Below, piece by piece: positions 1 through 9,010 of a stretch of DNA of 64,000 nucleotides. The stretch spans positions 36,376 to 100,375 of the forward strand of contig JANOAS010000011.1 of assembly GCA_031411255.1 (NCBI GenBank). The letters are read 5' to 3'. Within the stretch, counting starts at the first letter, position 1. Each line of letters opens with the position of its first letter. The stretch is from a bacterium. Its GTDB lineage: Bacteria > Verrucomicrobiota > Verrucomicrobiia > Verrucomicrobiales > V1-33. Below the pieces are notes generated by a model that did not search any database, was not told the origin of the DNA, and saw only the letters and a program-made list of their open reading frames with translations. The translations under genes were made by a program, and so were the position numbers.

Positions 1-1
1 G

Positions 2-142
2 GCACTGGAGATTGGCAAATCCAACAGCGGTGGAGGCGGTGATGTGGACGCCATGATGAAGGACGTGCAGAGGTTGGAAAAGATTCAAAGCCAGATCGAG
101 AAGCTCCAGTCTGAGATCGAAAAACTGGAGGCAGGCCAGTGA
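2..142 (+). CDS. 3' end of a gene continuing from upstream of the window. The C-terminal 46 aa is a coiled-coil-like tail (ALEIGKSNSGGGGDVDAMMKDVQRLEKIQSQIEKLQSEIEKLEAGQ).
   Basis: Open frame from the window edge to TGA at 140-142. Heptad-like charged/hydrophobic pattern. No start codon within the window. Confidence 0.3.
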   Translation, partial: ALEIGKSNSGGGGDVDAMMKDVQRLEKIQSQIEKLQSEIEKLEAGQ

Positions 143-242
143 GCGGTTTCGTTCACTCCGGCCAGTGGCGCAAAATGCCTTGAGATCCACAAGCGCAGGC
201 GCGTTGTGTCAGTAGGGCTGGGGCGATTGACGGAAGGTGAAT

Positions 243-1148
243 TTACCTAGCCGCCAGCAGGCACATGACGGCCTTCTGCGCGTGGAGGCGGTTTTCGGCC
301 TCCTGAAAAATGGTGGCCGCGTGGGCCTCGAGGACGTCCTCGGTGATTTCCTTGCCCCGGTAGGCGGGCAGGCAGTGCATGACTTTTACCCCGGGCGCTG
401 CGTGGGTGAGAAGTGCGCGATTGATCTGGTAGCCCTTCAGCTCCTCCAGCCTCAGCGCGCCTTCCGCCTCCTGGCCCATGCTGACAAAGACGTCCGTGTA
501 AACCATGTGCGCTCCGGCTGCGGCCTTCACCGGGTCCTCCTCGCAGCTGACGTGGCCGGACTTCAACCGGGCCAGGTAGTCTGGTGAGGGCTGGTATTTT
601 TTTGGCGCGGCGATGACGAGCTGAAAGCCGAGGCGCTCGGCCGCCCACATCCACGAGCGGGACATGTTGTTGTCCCCGTCCCCCATGAAGACGACCTTCC
701 GGTCCTTCCATCCACCGCAGAGTTCCTGCATGGTGAGCAGGTCGGCGAGGACCTGGCAGGGGTGCTCGTCGTCGGTGAGGGCGTTGATGGTCGGGATGCC
801 GCTGAATTTGGCGAACTGCTCAACGTCGTCCTGGGCGTAGGTGCGGATGATGGCCCCGTGCACCATGCGGCCCATCACGCGGGCCGTGTCCTTGATCGGC
901 TCCCCGCGGCCCAGCTGTGACTCCGCCGGGGAGAGGAAAAACACGCCGCCGCCCAGCTCGCGGACGCCCACCTCAAAGCTGACACGCGTGCGGGTGGAGG
1001 ACTTCGTGAAAATCATCGCCCACGTCTGGCCGGCCAGCGGCCTCGGGGCATCAGGTTGACCGCGACCGGCTTTCAGTTCGGCGGCCAGGCGCACAATTTC
1101 CCCAATCTCTCCGGCGGAGAGTTGTTCGAGGGACAGGAGGTGTTTCAT
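243..1148 (-). CDS. argF: ornithine carbamoyltransferase
   Basis: 301-aa ORF with the STRTR carbamoyl-phosphate motif, the HCLP motif and an overall OTCase/ATCase fold signature. ATG confirmed at 1148. Confidence 0.9.
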   Translation of the reverse strand: MKHLLSLEQLSAGEIGEIVRLAAELKAGRGQPDAPRPLAGQTWAMIFTKSSTRTRVSFEVGVRELGGGVFFLSPAESQLGRGEPIKDTARVMGRMVHGAIIRTYAQDDVEQFAKFSGIPTINALTDDEHPCQVLADLLTMQELCGGWKDRKVVFMGDGDNNMSRSWMWAAERLGFQLVIAAPKKYQPSPDYLARLKSGHVSCEEDPVKAAAGAHMVYTDVFVSMGQEAEGALRLEELKGYQINRALLTHAAPGVKVMHCLPAYRGKEITEDVLEAHAATIFQEAENRLHAQKAVMCLLAAR

Positions 1149-1217
1149 GACTTGAGGGAGAAAAAGGAAAGGAGCCGCCCTGTCAGAGGCGGCTCCCGGG
1201 GAAAAGAAGGGGTCAAT

Positions 1218-2108
1218 CTAGCACACAATTTCGGTGCCGATGCCGTCTTTCGTAAAAATTTCCAGAAGGAGGGAGTGGCGTAGGCGCCCGTCGATCATGT
1301 GCACCTTGCCCGCCCCGGCATCGAGGGCGGCGAGGGCGGACTCGACCTTCGGAATCATGCCGCCCTTGATCGTGCCGTCGGCCAGGAGCGCATGCACCTG
1401 GGCGCGGTCGAGGTGGGAAAAGAGTGTCTTCGGATCCTTCGGGTCCTTCATGACGCCCAGCACATCGCTCAGGTAAATGAACTTCGCCGCCTTCAGCCGG
1501 CCGGCCAGCGCGGCGGCGGCCACGTCGGCATTGCAGTTCAGCGCATGGCCGGAGTGGGCCTCGGCGGCGATGGGGGAGACCACGGGAACGATCTCGCTGC
1601 GGATGGCGGCCAGAATTTCCTCCAGCTGAAAGTCGACCACCTCGCCCACCCAGCCGAGATCGGCAGGCTGGCCGGTTTCCTGGTCGGTGACGGGCGCTTT
1701 TTTCTTTCCGAGGAAAACGCGCTTGCCGTCCAGCCCTGAGGCAGTGCCGCCGAATTCGTTCATGGCCTTCACGAGGCGCGGGTTGATCTCGTGGCTGAGC
1801 ACGCGCTCGACGATGTCGATGGTGGCGTCGTCCGTGACACGGAGGCCGTTGATGAAATTCGCGGACAGGCCTGCGTCCGCCATGCCCTTGGAGATGGCCT
1901 TGCCGCCACCATGCACGAGGACCGGATTGACGCCGATGCACTCGAGCCAGACCACGTCGCGCAGCAGCCCCTCAATGAGGGACCAGTCGTCCATGGCGCT
2001 GCCGCCCACCTTGATGACAAAGGTCTGACCGCGGAACTGCTGCATGTAGGGCAGCGCCTCGATGAGCACGCCAGCCTTGGCGATTTGTTCGTGAAACTGT
2101 GTCGTCAT
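1218..2108 (-). CDS. argB: acetylglutamate kinase
   Basis: 296-aa ORF with the amino-acid kinase family N-terminus (VIKVGGS) and NAGK-like length and motifs. Lies between argJ and argF. Confidence 0.9.
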   Translation of the reverse strand: MTTQFHEQIAKAGVLIEALPYMQQFRGQTFVIKVGGSAMDDWSLIEGLLRDVVWLECIGVNPVLVHGGGKAISKGMADAGLSANFINGLRVTDDATIDIVERVLSHEINPRLVKAMNEFGGTASGLDGKRVFLGKKKAPVTDQETGQPADLGWVGEVVDFQLEEILAAIRSEIVPVVSPIAAEAHSGHALNCNADVAAAALAGRLKAAKFIYLSDVLGVMKDPKDPKTLFSHLDRAQVHALLADGTIKGGMIPKVESALAALDAGAGKVHMIDGRLRHSLLLEIFTKDGIGTEIVC

Positions 2109-2114
2109 GAAAAC

Positions 2115-3371
2115 CTACTTCGCCACTCGCACGGCGTATTCCTGGGAATTGAAGCTCACGTATTCCTGGGAGAGGTCGCTCGTCAGGACGTAGTGGTCGG
2201 CGTCTCCAATGTTGAGGTCGATGGTGACTGTGAACTCGCGCTTGGCGGTCACCTTTTTCAGCTCCTCGATGGGCGTGCCGGAGTAGACCCCGCCCTGCGC
2301 GGCCAGCAGCCCGTCAAAGTAGATGTCCACCATTTCCTCCCGGAAGCGGCGGGCGCGGGAGTAGCCTGCGGCATGCATGACGCGGCCCCAGTTCGGGTCG
2401 CTGCCATTCCAGGAGCACTTCACGAGCATCGAATTCGCCACGGACTCGGCCACGCGCCGTGCATCCAGGTAGTCGGCCGCGCCGCGCACGTGGATCTCGA
2501 CAAACTTGGTCACGCGCTCGCCGTCGTTGACCAGCATCTTGGCGATCCGCAGCATGAGGCTGGTGAGAACGCAGCGGAATCTCTCCGCCTGCGGGGTGCC
2601 GGCCGTGATAAGTTCGTTGCCGGCCTGTCCGTTGGCCAGGACGATCACCGTGTCGTTTGTGCTCGTGTCGCCGTCGATGGAGATGCGGTTGAAGGACCGG
2701 TCCACGGCGAAGAGCGTGGCCTTCTTGAGTTCCTCGGGATCGATGGCCGCATCCGTCGTGATGAAGGCGAACATCGTGCCCATGCTGGGGCAGATCATGC
2801 CCGCCCCCTTGGCCGTGGCCCCGAAGCGGACGGGAATGCCGTCGATCATGACTTCGATGGCGAGGGACTTGTGGTGGGTGTCGCTCGTCATGATCGCCCG
2901 GGCGACGCACTCGCCGTCCTCGCTTTGCAGGCCGGCGACCAGCTCGGGGATGCGGGGCTCGATGCGCTCAATGGCCAGCGGCAGACCGATGATGCCGGTG
3001 GAGCAGACCACAACCTGCGTCTGCCGCAGCCCGAGGGCTTTGGCCGCCCCCTTGGTCATCTTCTTCGCGTCCTCGATGCCGCGCGGGCCTGTGCAGGCAT
3101 TGGCATTGCCGCTGTTCGCGATGATGGCGCGCACCGCGCCGCGCCTCAGGTGGTCCATGCTCACACGCACGGGCGCTGCCTTGACTTTGTTCGACGTAAA
3201 GGTGCCGGCCGCGGCGCATTCGAAATCGGAAACAATGAGCGTGAGGTCCAGCCTCGGATTCGCCGGATCTTTAATGCCGCAGCCGAGGGCATGGCACCGG
3301 AAGCCCTTGGGGGCAACTACGCCCCCGGGAATGTCGGTGAAATCATCAGTTGTGCAGAACCTTTTTGGCAT
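2115..3371 (-). CDS. argJ: bifunctional glutamate N-acetyltransferase / amino-acid acetyltransferase
   Basis: 418-aa ORF matching the ArgJ family (ATxKGAGMI.P.MGTM self-cleavage region). Operon context with argB and argF. Confidence 0.9.
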   Translation of the reverse strand: MPKRFCTTDDFTDIPGGVVAPKGFRCHALGCGIKDPANPRLDLTLIVSDFECAAAGTFTSNKVKAAPVRVSMDHLRRGAVRAIIANSGNANACTGPRGIEDAKKMTKGAAKALGLRQTQVVVCSTGIIGLPLAIERIEPRIPELVAGLQSEDGECVARAIMTSDTHHKSLAIEVMIDGIPVRFGATAKGAGMICPSMGTMFAFITTDAAIDPEELKKATLFAVDRSFNRISIDGDTSTNDTVIVLANGQAGNELITAGTPQAERFRCVLTSLMLRIAKMLVNDGERVTKFVEIHVRGAADYLDARRVAESVANSMLVKCSWNGSDPNWGRVMHAAGYSRARRFREEMVDIYFDGLLAAQGGVYSGTPIEELKKVTAKREFTVTIDLNIGDADHYVLTSDLSQEYVSFNSQEYAVRVAK

Positions 3372-3966
3372 GGGCGGGCGGGGTGAAGGGCGCTACTTAG
3401 AGACGTTTTCGACAGGGTACGCAAGCCTCGTTTCAAAAATCCCCGCACCGCCACCCCAGCATGGGCAAGGCCTTGAGAATATCAGAGATTCCTGACAATC
3501 ATTCAGCCTGCCAGGGTTTTTCCCACTGCCTCGTTTGGGGGGGCTGCGAGCGCAACCGGGTGGCGGGGAGCCGGGGCTTGCACGGGCGCAGTCCGGTGTC
3601 GTCTTTTGGCTCATGCAGGGGAACCCGTTTCCAGGAATGAACCCCTGCCTTGAGGAGCGCTGGCACAGCGTGCATGGCAGCCTCATCACCCATGCCCGGG
3701 ATCAAATCCTACGCCGAGGGCCGGGCCAGGTATGTGGAGATCGACCTCCTGCGGGATGGGCAGCGCGTGAGCGTACCGCGCGAGGCAGTTTCTCCCTGGG
3801 AATTCGCGCTCTACTTCGCCGTGGTGGTGTGCGGTGGCGTCATTGACGCGCGGGAGGACTACTCGTTTCCCCTGGATCAACTACGAGGAGGACCCGCTCC
3901 CTTCTTTCACGGCGGAACAGCGGGTGTGGATGGATGTGCTCCTGAAGAAGCAGGGGTTGCGGTTAG

Positions 3967-6315
3967 TCAAAGACTCCGCACCACCACCCAGGTCTCCAGC
4001 GTTTCCCCGGTAGCCTCATCCGTGGCGGCGAGGCGGTGGCGGCCGGTACGAAGGCGGGCGATGGAGCTGCCATTCTCGCTGGTGACCTCCAGGCTGTCGC
4101 TGTGCCAGTCGACGGTGCCGCGGCCGCGGGCGCGGAGTGGGAGGCGGCTGCCGTGGTCGGGCAGGTCGGGGTCGAGGAGGACGGTGGTGCCGGGTACGGG
4201 GGAAATGATGTGGAGCGCGGTGCGGGCATCCTCTCCGGCTAGGTCACCAGCCACTGCGGCGGTGCCCAGCCAGTTGTCCGGACCGAGCAGCCAGCGCTGG
4301 TAGAGGCGGGGCAGGACCACGCGGCCGAGCGCATCGTAGCGATCCCCGGGCGCGGGTGATGGCACGTGATCGACGAGGAATTTCTCCCGCACCACGGGCC
4401 TGCGCCCGGCCATTTCAGCAGGCAGCGGGCGGCCGGTCAGGGGATCGACATCCGCCTCGGTGATGTCCTCCGGCGTGGCATACCACGTGACGCCGCGGTG
4501 CTTTTCCAGCCAGGTGAAAACCTCCCGCCACACGGGCGCCGCGCCGGTCACACCTGAGACGTGGGCCATCGGGCGGCGGTCGAAATTTCCCACCCACACG
4601 GCCACGGTGAACTCCGGGGTGAAGCCCACGGTCCAGTTGTCGCGGTAGTCGGTGCTCGTACCGGTCTTGACTGCGGCGGGAAAGGGCAGGCGCAGGCTGG
4701 AGTTGAGCCCGAAGCTGCGGACGCGCGCCTGGTTGTCGCACAGCATGTCCGCCAGCAGCCAGCAGGGGCCTGGCTCGAAGCGCCGCACCGGTGCGGGCAG
4801 AGGTGCGTCCTCCGTGAGGGCCACGGGCAGCCACTCCCCGAGGCGGGCCAGCGTGGCGTAGGCATTGGCCAGCTCCAGCAGGCGCACTTCGGCATTCCCG
4901 ATCGTCAGCCCCAGCCCGTAGTGCTCCGGGTCCTCCGTGAGCGTGGTGATGCCCGCCGCCTCCAGCGCTCCGGCCAGCACGGACGGGCCGCCGACGCGCT
5001 GGAGCACGCGCACAGCCGCGAGGTTCAGGCTGTTCGCCAGTGCCTCCCGGCAGCTGACGGGACCGTGGCTCTTGTGGTCGTAGTTTTCCGGCCGGTAGAG
5101 CCCGTCCGGCGTCATGTACTCGACCGGCAGGTCATCAATGATCGTCGCAGGCGTGTCCCCGTGCTGCAGCGCCATGAGGTAGGTGAACGCCTTGAGCGTG
5201 GAGCCCGCAGAGCGCGGTGCCGTGGCCCCGTTGATCTGCCCGCCCTCCGGGTCAAAGTAGTCTGGCGACCCCACAAGGGCCCGCACCCGCCCCGTGGCAT
5301 TCTCCAGCACGACCACCGCGCCGTCGTGCACCTGGTGCTCGCGCAGGCGTCCGATTTTTGTCCGCAGCGTCTGCTCGCAGAAGTGCTGCAGCTCCAGATC
5401 CAGGGTGGTTTTCACCGCCTCATGCCGCTCCTCCAGGCCGGCCCACTGAGGGGACTGAAAGAGGAGATCCAGAAAATGCGGCGCCTCAAACCCTCCAGTG
5501 AACTTCACCAGCTTCAGCTTCTCCTCCATCGCGTGCGCCGCCTCCTCGTCCGTGATCCGCCCGTCATCCTTCATGCGGGAAAGGATCCACTCCTGGCGCT
5601 TTTTAGCCCCCTCGAAATTCTTGTACGGGTTCAGCCGTGTGGGCGCCTGCGGGAGCCCCGCCAGGAACGCGCTCTCAGCCAGGCTCAGGTCCTTCAGCGG
5701 TTTTTGGAAATAGCCCATCGCGGCAGCCGCGCAGCCCATCCTTTGATTTCCGTACTCCACACGCTGGAGGTATTCGGTGATGATGCGCTCCTTGCTCCAG
5801 CTCATCTCCAGCTTTCTCCCGATGAAAATTTCGTCCACCTTGTCCCGCCACGTCCGGCCCGTGTAGCGGCCGCGCGCCACCTTCACCAGCTGCTGGGTGA
5901 TGGTGCTCGCACCGGAAACCGCCCTCTTCGCCTGAAGCGAATCAATCACCGCGCGCACCAGCCCGAGAAAGTCCACCCCGCCGTGGCTCCAGAAGCGCTG
6001 GTCCTCCGCGGACACCGTGGCCGCCACGAGAGAGGCTGGCACATCGTGAAACAGGAGCGGACGTTCCACCCTCTGCCCCTCGACCTGCAGCTGGCGGAGC
6101 GGTTTGCCATCCTTGTCCGCCAGTTCCACGGAGGGCTCCGGCGGGCGCAGCAGCTCCGGTGGCAGCTTCACAAACCTCGGCGCCACGTGATAAAGCAGCA
6201 GTCCGGCCACCATCCCGAGGAGGACAAGCTTCAAAAACCAGCGCCGGCGCACAGGCTCCCGCTCCGGCAGTTCTGCCAGAGTGCTCGGAGCGGAGGTGGA
6301 AAGGCGGGCTGCCAT
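3967..6315 (-). CDS. pbpC: penicillin-binding protein 1C (transglycosylase plus transpeptidase)
   Basis: 782 aa. N-terminal TM helix, GT51 motif EDQRFWSHGGVD, transpeptidase motifs STLK and KTGTS, and a C-terminal PbpC-type domain. Confidence 0.85.
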   Translation of the reverse strand: MAARLSTSAPSTLAELPEREPVRRRWFLKLVLLGMVAGLLLYHVAPRFVKLPPELLRPPEPSVELADKDGKPLRQLQVEGQRVERPLLFHDVPASLVAATVSAEDQRFWSHGGVDFLGLVRAVIDSLQAKRAVSGASTITQQLVKVARGRYTGRTWRDKVDEIFIGRKLEMSWSKERIITEYLQRVEYGNQRMGCAAAAMGYFQKPLKDLSLAESAFLAGLPQAPTRLNPYKNFEGAKKRQEWILSRMKDDGRITDEEAAHAMEEKLKLVKFTGGFEAPHFLDLLFQSPQWAGLEERHEAVKTTLDLELQHFCEQTLRTKIGRLREHQVHDGAVVVLENATGRVRALVGSPDYFDPEGGQINGATAPRSAGSTLKAFTYLMALQHGDTPATIIDDLPVEYMTPDGLYRPENYDHKSHGPVSCREALANSLNLAAVRVLQRVGGPSVLAGALEAAGITTLTEDPEHYGLGLTIGNAEVRLLELANAYATLARLGEWLPVALTEDAPLPAPVRRFEPGPCWLLADMLCDNQARVRSFGLNSSLRLPFPAAVKTGTSTDYRDNWTVGFTPEFTVAVWVGNFDRRPMAHVSGVTGAAPVWREVFTWLEKHRGVTWYATPEDITEADVDPLTGRPLPAEMAGRRPVVREKFLVDHVPSPAPGDRYDALGRVVLPRLYQRWLLGPDNWLGTAAVAGDLAGEDARTALHIISPVPGTTVLLDPDLPDHGSRLPLRARGRGTVDWHSDSLEVTSENGSSIARLRTGRHRLAATDEATGETLETWVVVRSL

Positions 6316-6630
6316 CGGAGGAAGGGGAATCTAGGCCACGCAGGCCCTGCGGACAAGGTGCAGGGAGCGCGAATCACGCTCAATACGCGCCGGCGGCGCC
6401 GGGCCTTTCACCGGCGTGTGGAATCACTCCCGTCCGGGAGGAGTTTTTTCTTCCCGACTAGCGGGTTCCGTCCAGAAAAGTGACAGGAGGGACACTTTCC
6501 GCCTGCCGGCATTTCAGGTCGACAGTTCACCGCTTCATGGTGAAAATTTCACCACTTCGCGGGGAAATTGCAACAACCTATTGGGACCTGTCCGGCGGTC
6601 CGGCGGCAGTCAGGGAGGTGTGCAAGTCAA

Positions 6631-7098
6631 TCACCGCCACGAAGCCGCGCGGTTTTTCCGGCTGGAAAAGAAGGTGTCCAGCGCGAGCCGCCCGGAACCG
6701 AGCAGGACCAGAAGGGCGCAGACGGTGGCGTAGACGAGGCCGAGTTCGCGAATCACGTCATTCTGCCCAAAGACCATGAGGAGAGCGGCCAGGACGCCCA
6801 GGCCCAGGGCGCTCACGCGGGTCAGCAGGCCGGTGACGAGCCCCAGGGAGCAGAGCAGGGCGATGACGGTGAATGCCGCCGTGAGCTGCCACGGGTAGGG
6901 CAGCCCGGTTGCGGCGATCAAGTCCTTCAGCGGCCAAGGGTTCTGCATTTGGGACCAGACGTGGCTCCAGCCGGCGCGGGCCTCGTCGATGCCGTGGCGG
7001 AACGTGACCGACCCGGCAATGGCGAGCCGGGCGGCGAGGAGGGCGAAATCTTTCAGCGGGCTGTCCCCGGTGGCGGCAGCAGGATAGGCGGGTGGCAT
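6631..7098 (-). CDS. DoxX family membrane protein
   Basis: 155 aa with 3-4 predicted TM helices and a DoxX-like hydrophobic profile. Confidence 0.6.
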   Translation of the reverse strand: MPPAYPAAATGDSPLKDFALLAARLAIAGSVTFRHGIDEARAGWSHVWSQMQNPWPLKDLIAATGLPYPWQLTAAFTVIALLCSLGLVTGLLTRVSALGLGVLAALLMVFGQNDVIRELGLVYATVCALLVLLGSGRLALDTFFSSRKNRAASWR

Positions 7099-7126
7099 GG
7101 AGTGGACGGGCCTTGGTTCGAAAAAA

Positions 7127-8146
7127 TCAGCCCTTCTTATCTGAAGCCGCAGAATTCACCGGCGCAAGGTGTTTGGCAAAGAACGCGTCCATCAGGCACT
7201 GCAGCCGGTCATTGACCGGTTTGGCCATGTCCATGACGTGGGGCCAGCCCTCCAGACGGTCATAGAAATACGGCACCTCACACTCCTTGAGTTTCGCGGC
7301 CAGGGCGTCGGACTGGGCGATGAGCACCGTGTCGTCGATGGTCCCGTGGAGGATGAGCGTCGGCGGATCTCCCTTGGAAACATGAAAGAGGGGCGAGGCA
7401 TTGGCGAACGCGGCCTTGTCCTGCGGCCATTTTTTTGCCAGCACGCGCTCGATGAGGCTCTGGGCGGAGGCGGGACCGCTCGTCAAGTCCGTCACCCCGT
7501 AGATATCCACCACTGCGCACACCCCGCTGCTGCATTCCGGGCATCCGCCGCTGCCTTCAAATTCCTTGTTCCCGCAGGTATACCCGGCCATGAGCGCGAG
7601 GTGACCACCCGCAGAGCCGCCCACCAGCGCGATCCGCTCCGGGTCGATCCCGTTTTCCGCTGCGTGGGTTCTCATCCAGCGCACCGCGCACTTCACGTCC
7701 TCCAGACAGGCCGGAAAGGGCGCCTCACCAGCCAGCCGGTAGGTGATGGTCGCCGCCGCATAACCCTTTTTTGCGTAGCTGACGCAGTAGTTTTTGTACA
7801 TGTCCCGCGTCCCGCCGATCCATGCGCCGCCATGGATGAAAATCAGCCCGGCCCGTGGTTTCCCCGCCTCTTTCGGCAGGTAAAGGTCGAGCTTCAGCTC
7901 TTTTTGAGCCGTCTTTCCGTAAACGACATCCGCTTTTTCCACCACCTCCGGCGGAGTGAGGGTCTGGAGCGGCATGAGCGGCACCCTTTGGGTGAAAAGC
8001 GCCGTCTTCATTTCCGCAGGCGTCTTGAACCCGGCAGGCGGGGGCCCGGGATCCGGCAGCTTGATCGTGCCACTGGTCTCCCCGCGGCTCAGCACAGTCA
8101 GGGCCAGGAAAAGACAAAAAGTCGGGAGTTTCATCGTCTCCACCAT
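7127..8146 (-). CDS. secreted alpha/beta-hydrolase (carboxylesterase/lipase, Aes-like)
   Basis: HGGAW oxyanion motif and GGSAGG nucleophile elbow, with a signal peptide MKLPTFCLFLALTVLS. Start ambiguous (GTG at 8149, ATG at 8146, or ATG at 8134). Confidence 0.75.
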   Translation of the reverse strand: MVETMKLPTFCLFLALTVLSRGETSGTIKLPDPGPPPAGFKTPAEMKTALFTQRVPLMPLQTLTPPEVVEKADVVYGKTAQKELKLDLYLPKEAGKPRAGLIFIHGGAWIGGTRDMYKNYCVSYAKKGYAAATITYRLAGEAPFPACLEDVKCAVRWMRTHAAENGIDPERIALVGGSAGGHLALMAGYTCGNKEFEGSGGCPECSSGVCAVVDIYGVTDLTSGPASAQSLIERVLAKKWPQDKAAFANASPLFHVSKGDPPTLILHGTIDDTVLIAQSDALAAKLKECEVPYFYDRLEGWPHVMDMAKPVNDRLQCLMDAFFAKHLAPVNSAASDKKG

Positions 8147-8227
8147 CACCCGTCAGGCACGGCGGTGCAAGGGTGGGGTTGGACGGAAAATCAAGCTCCT
8201 CTTGCCCAATGGCAGCCTGCCAGTAAG

Positions 8228-8779
8228 ATGGACACCATGAGCGTCTCCCTGTCGCACCGTCTCGGCCAGCCGATGCACACCTCCCTTCTTCTAAGGCGGG
8301 CGGAGCGGTTCGGTCTTCATGGAGAAGAGGACTTCTTGAACCTCGCCTACGCCCGCGGGTGCCGGTATTACGCTCCGCCAGGTTGGAACCAGCCGCCGGA
8401 TTCCCGCAGTTTTGCCTGCCCCGGCGAGGTGCTCGCCATCGCCCTGCTCCACCCTCACTTGCCATATAACCCACAGCGTCTGCGTATTGGCGCAGCCATG
8501 CTGGCTTTTCCGGGGTTGAATGCCTCAACCATAGCCAGGCTCGCCAGGCAGGAGCGGGCGACCCCCATCGTGCGCTACATCACCCAAGCCGCAGCGCATT
8601 GCGAGCCCGCGACGCCCTTCTGGAAATCGCTCTTGGACGAACTTCCCACTGAACGGCAGCCGATTCCTGAGGGGGTTATGCCACATCCCAGCCGGTTCAT
8701 GGCCGTTACAGGCCGCCAGGGACCGGGCAGCAGGACAGTTCAACACACTTGGATCAGGCCGAGTCCGGCCGCCGCATGA
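8228..8779 (+). CDS. hypothetical protein (about 183 aa) in the divergent intergenic region
   Basis: ATG-initiated in-frame segment of the longer antisense ORF 7169-8779, downstream of the esterase gene. GC3-rich codon usage consistent with coding. No recognisable domain. Confidence 0.3.
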   Translation: MDTMSVSLSHRLGQPMHTSLLLRRAERFGLHGEEDFLNLAYARGCRYYAPPGWNQPPDSRSFACPGEVLAIALLHPHLPYNPQRLRIGAAMLAFPGLNASTIARLARQERATPIVRYITQAAAHCEPATPFWKSLLDELPTERQPIPEGVMPHPSRFMAVTGRQGPGSRTVQHTWIRPSPAAA

Positions 8780-9010
8780 ACCACGCGAGCACCATCCTGA
8801 CGGCCTTGGACCACCATTTGGTTCACCAGATGGATTTGATTTGATGAGGCTGGCTTCCGGAGGCTGAGAGTTGAGCCGACCACTCCTCCCTTCCCCCCTG
8901 CTTCCTCACCCACCAGGGTTCTCCCCGACCTTCCCGTCAGGCGCTCCTGACCCTCTGAGCGGGCCGCGCGGGTTTGCTTTCCTGCCCAGCCTGCTACCCT
9001 TGCGGCTCCG

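Noticed and set aside
1791-3386. 531-aa + strand ORF overlapping argB/argJ
   Set aside because: Antisense to two well-supported arg genes. Arg/Gly/Ala/His-rich GC-artefact composition. No domain.
4561-6483. 640-aa + strand ORF opposite pbpC
   Set aside because: Entirely antisense to a canonical PBP gene. Arg/His/Pro-rich low-complexity translation typical of high-GC antisense frames.
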